The notes below the pieces were generated by a model. That model was given only the letters and a program-made list of their open reading frames with translations. It did no database searches and was not told the origin of the DNA. A stretch of DNA of 63,943 bases, counting the filler, from Octopus bimaculoides (taxonomy: Eukaryota): the NCBI RefSeq assembly GCF_001194135.2. It is 8 parts of 7 records of this genome, joined end to end, with 100 filler letters (N's around TTAATTAATTAA, not from the genome) between each part and the next. Parts side by side here need not be neighbours in the genome. Positions count along the whole stretch, not along the records: positions 62,585 to 63,943 come from NC_068994.1; 7 more parts are not named here. One strand, 5' to 3'. Position 1 is the first letter of the stretch; each line of letters opens with the position of its first letter. Of this stretch, positions 63,436 through 63,943 are shown piece after piece. Made by a program: the position numbers and the translations under genes.

Positions 63436-63654
63436 ATTTAGAATTTAATAGAGGTTATGGAGGATGTTCTCAAAATAAAATGCTTAAGATACATCCACCA
63501 TACAGCTTACATTTTCACAGAGACGAAGGACTGGCAGTTTCCATATTACGAATAGATCTACGAAAAACTTATTAAGAAGCCTCAGATATCTGTTGTCAAG
63601 TTTTGCAGGTTCTAATACTTTTCTACTACATTTTTGGTAATAATATATTTATTT

Positions 63655-63845
63655 CTTTATTGCCCACAGGGGGCTAAACATAGAGGGAACAAACAGGGAC
63701 AGACAAAGAGTTTAAGTCGATTACATTGACCCCAGTGCCTAACTGGTACTTATTTAATCGACCCCGAAAGGATGAAAGGCAAAGTCGACCTCGGTGGAAT
63801 TTGAACTCAGAACGTAACGGCAGACGAAATACGGGTAAGCAGTTC
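63655..63845 (-). mobile_element. SINE family B, well preserved, full length
   Basis: tttctttattgcccacaggggctaaacatagaggg...gtcgacctcggtggaatttgaactcagaacgtaacggcagacgaaatac. Confidence 0.92.
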
Positions 63846-63943
63846 GATATATATATATTACTATATATAATATATAACATAATGATATTTATTCTCCGAT
63901 TTGAATCGATAATTTTTAAATATGAACGAATGACTGAAAAATA

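Overview
AT-rich, microsatellite-dense, gappy animal genomic DNA. The SINE, RTE and MITE families look like those of an octopus (cephalopod) genome; this is an inference from repeat content. No intact host CDS is evident, and almost all listed ORFs are artefacts of N-runs, microsatellites or decayed transposons. Recognisable content: (i) RTE-clade LINEs, including one near full-length copy with the RT core deleted, one copy with a PHD finger after RT motif C, and small fragments; (ii) relics of a restriction-like-endonuclease (R4/NeSL-type) LINE and a Tx1/L1-type LINE; (iii) mariner (D,D34D-type) and DD37D transposase relics plus piggyBac-type and hAT-type MITEs; (iv) more than 25 tRNA-derived SINE copies of at least three families; (v) a candidate solo LTR with a 5-bp TSD; (vi) several long foldback/inverted repeats; (vii) a few weak candidate exons on the + strand. 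The most interesting signal is a set of minimal type-I hammerhead ribozyme motifs (three near-intact, about five decayed) in several unrelated repeat families, each with its own palindromic helix III. This is the layout of Penelope-like-element and retrozyme hammerheads. Seven TTAATTAATTAA words inside N-runs are assembly spacers. Repeat boundaries are approximate (read by eye).
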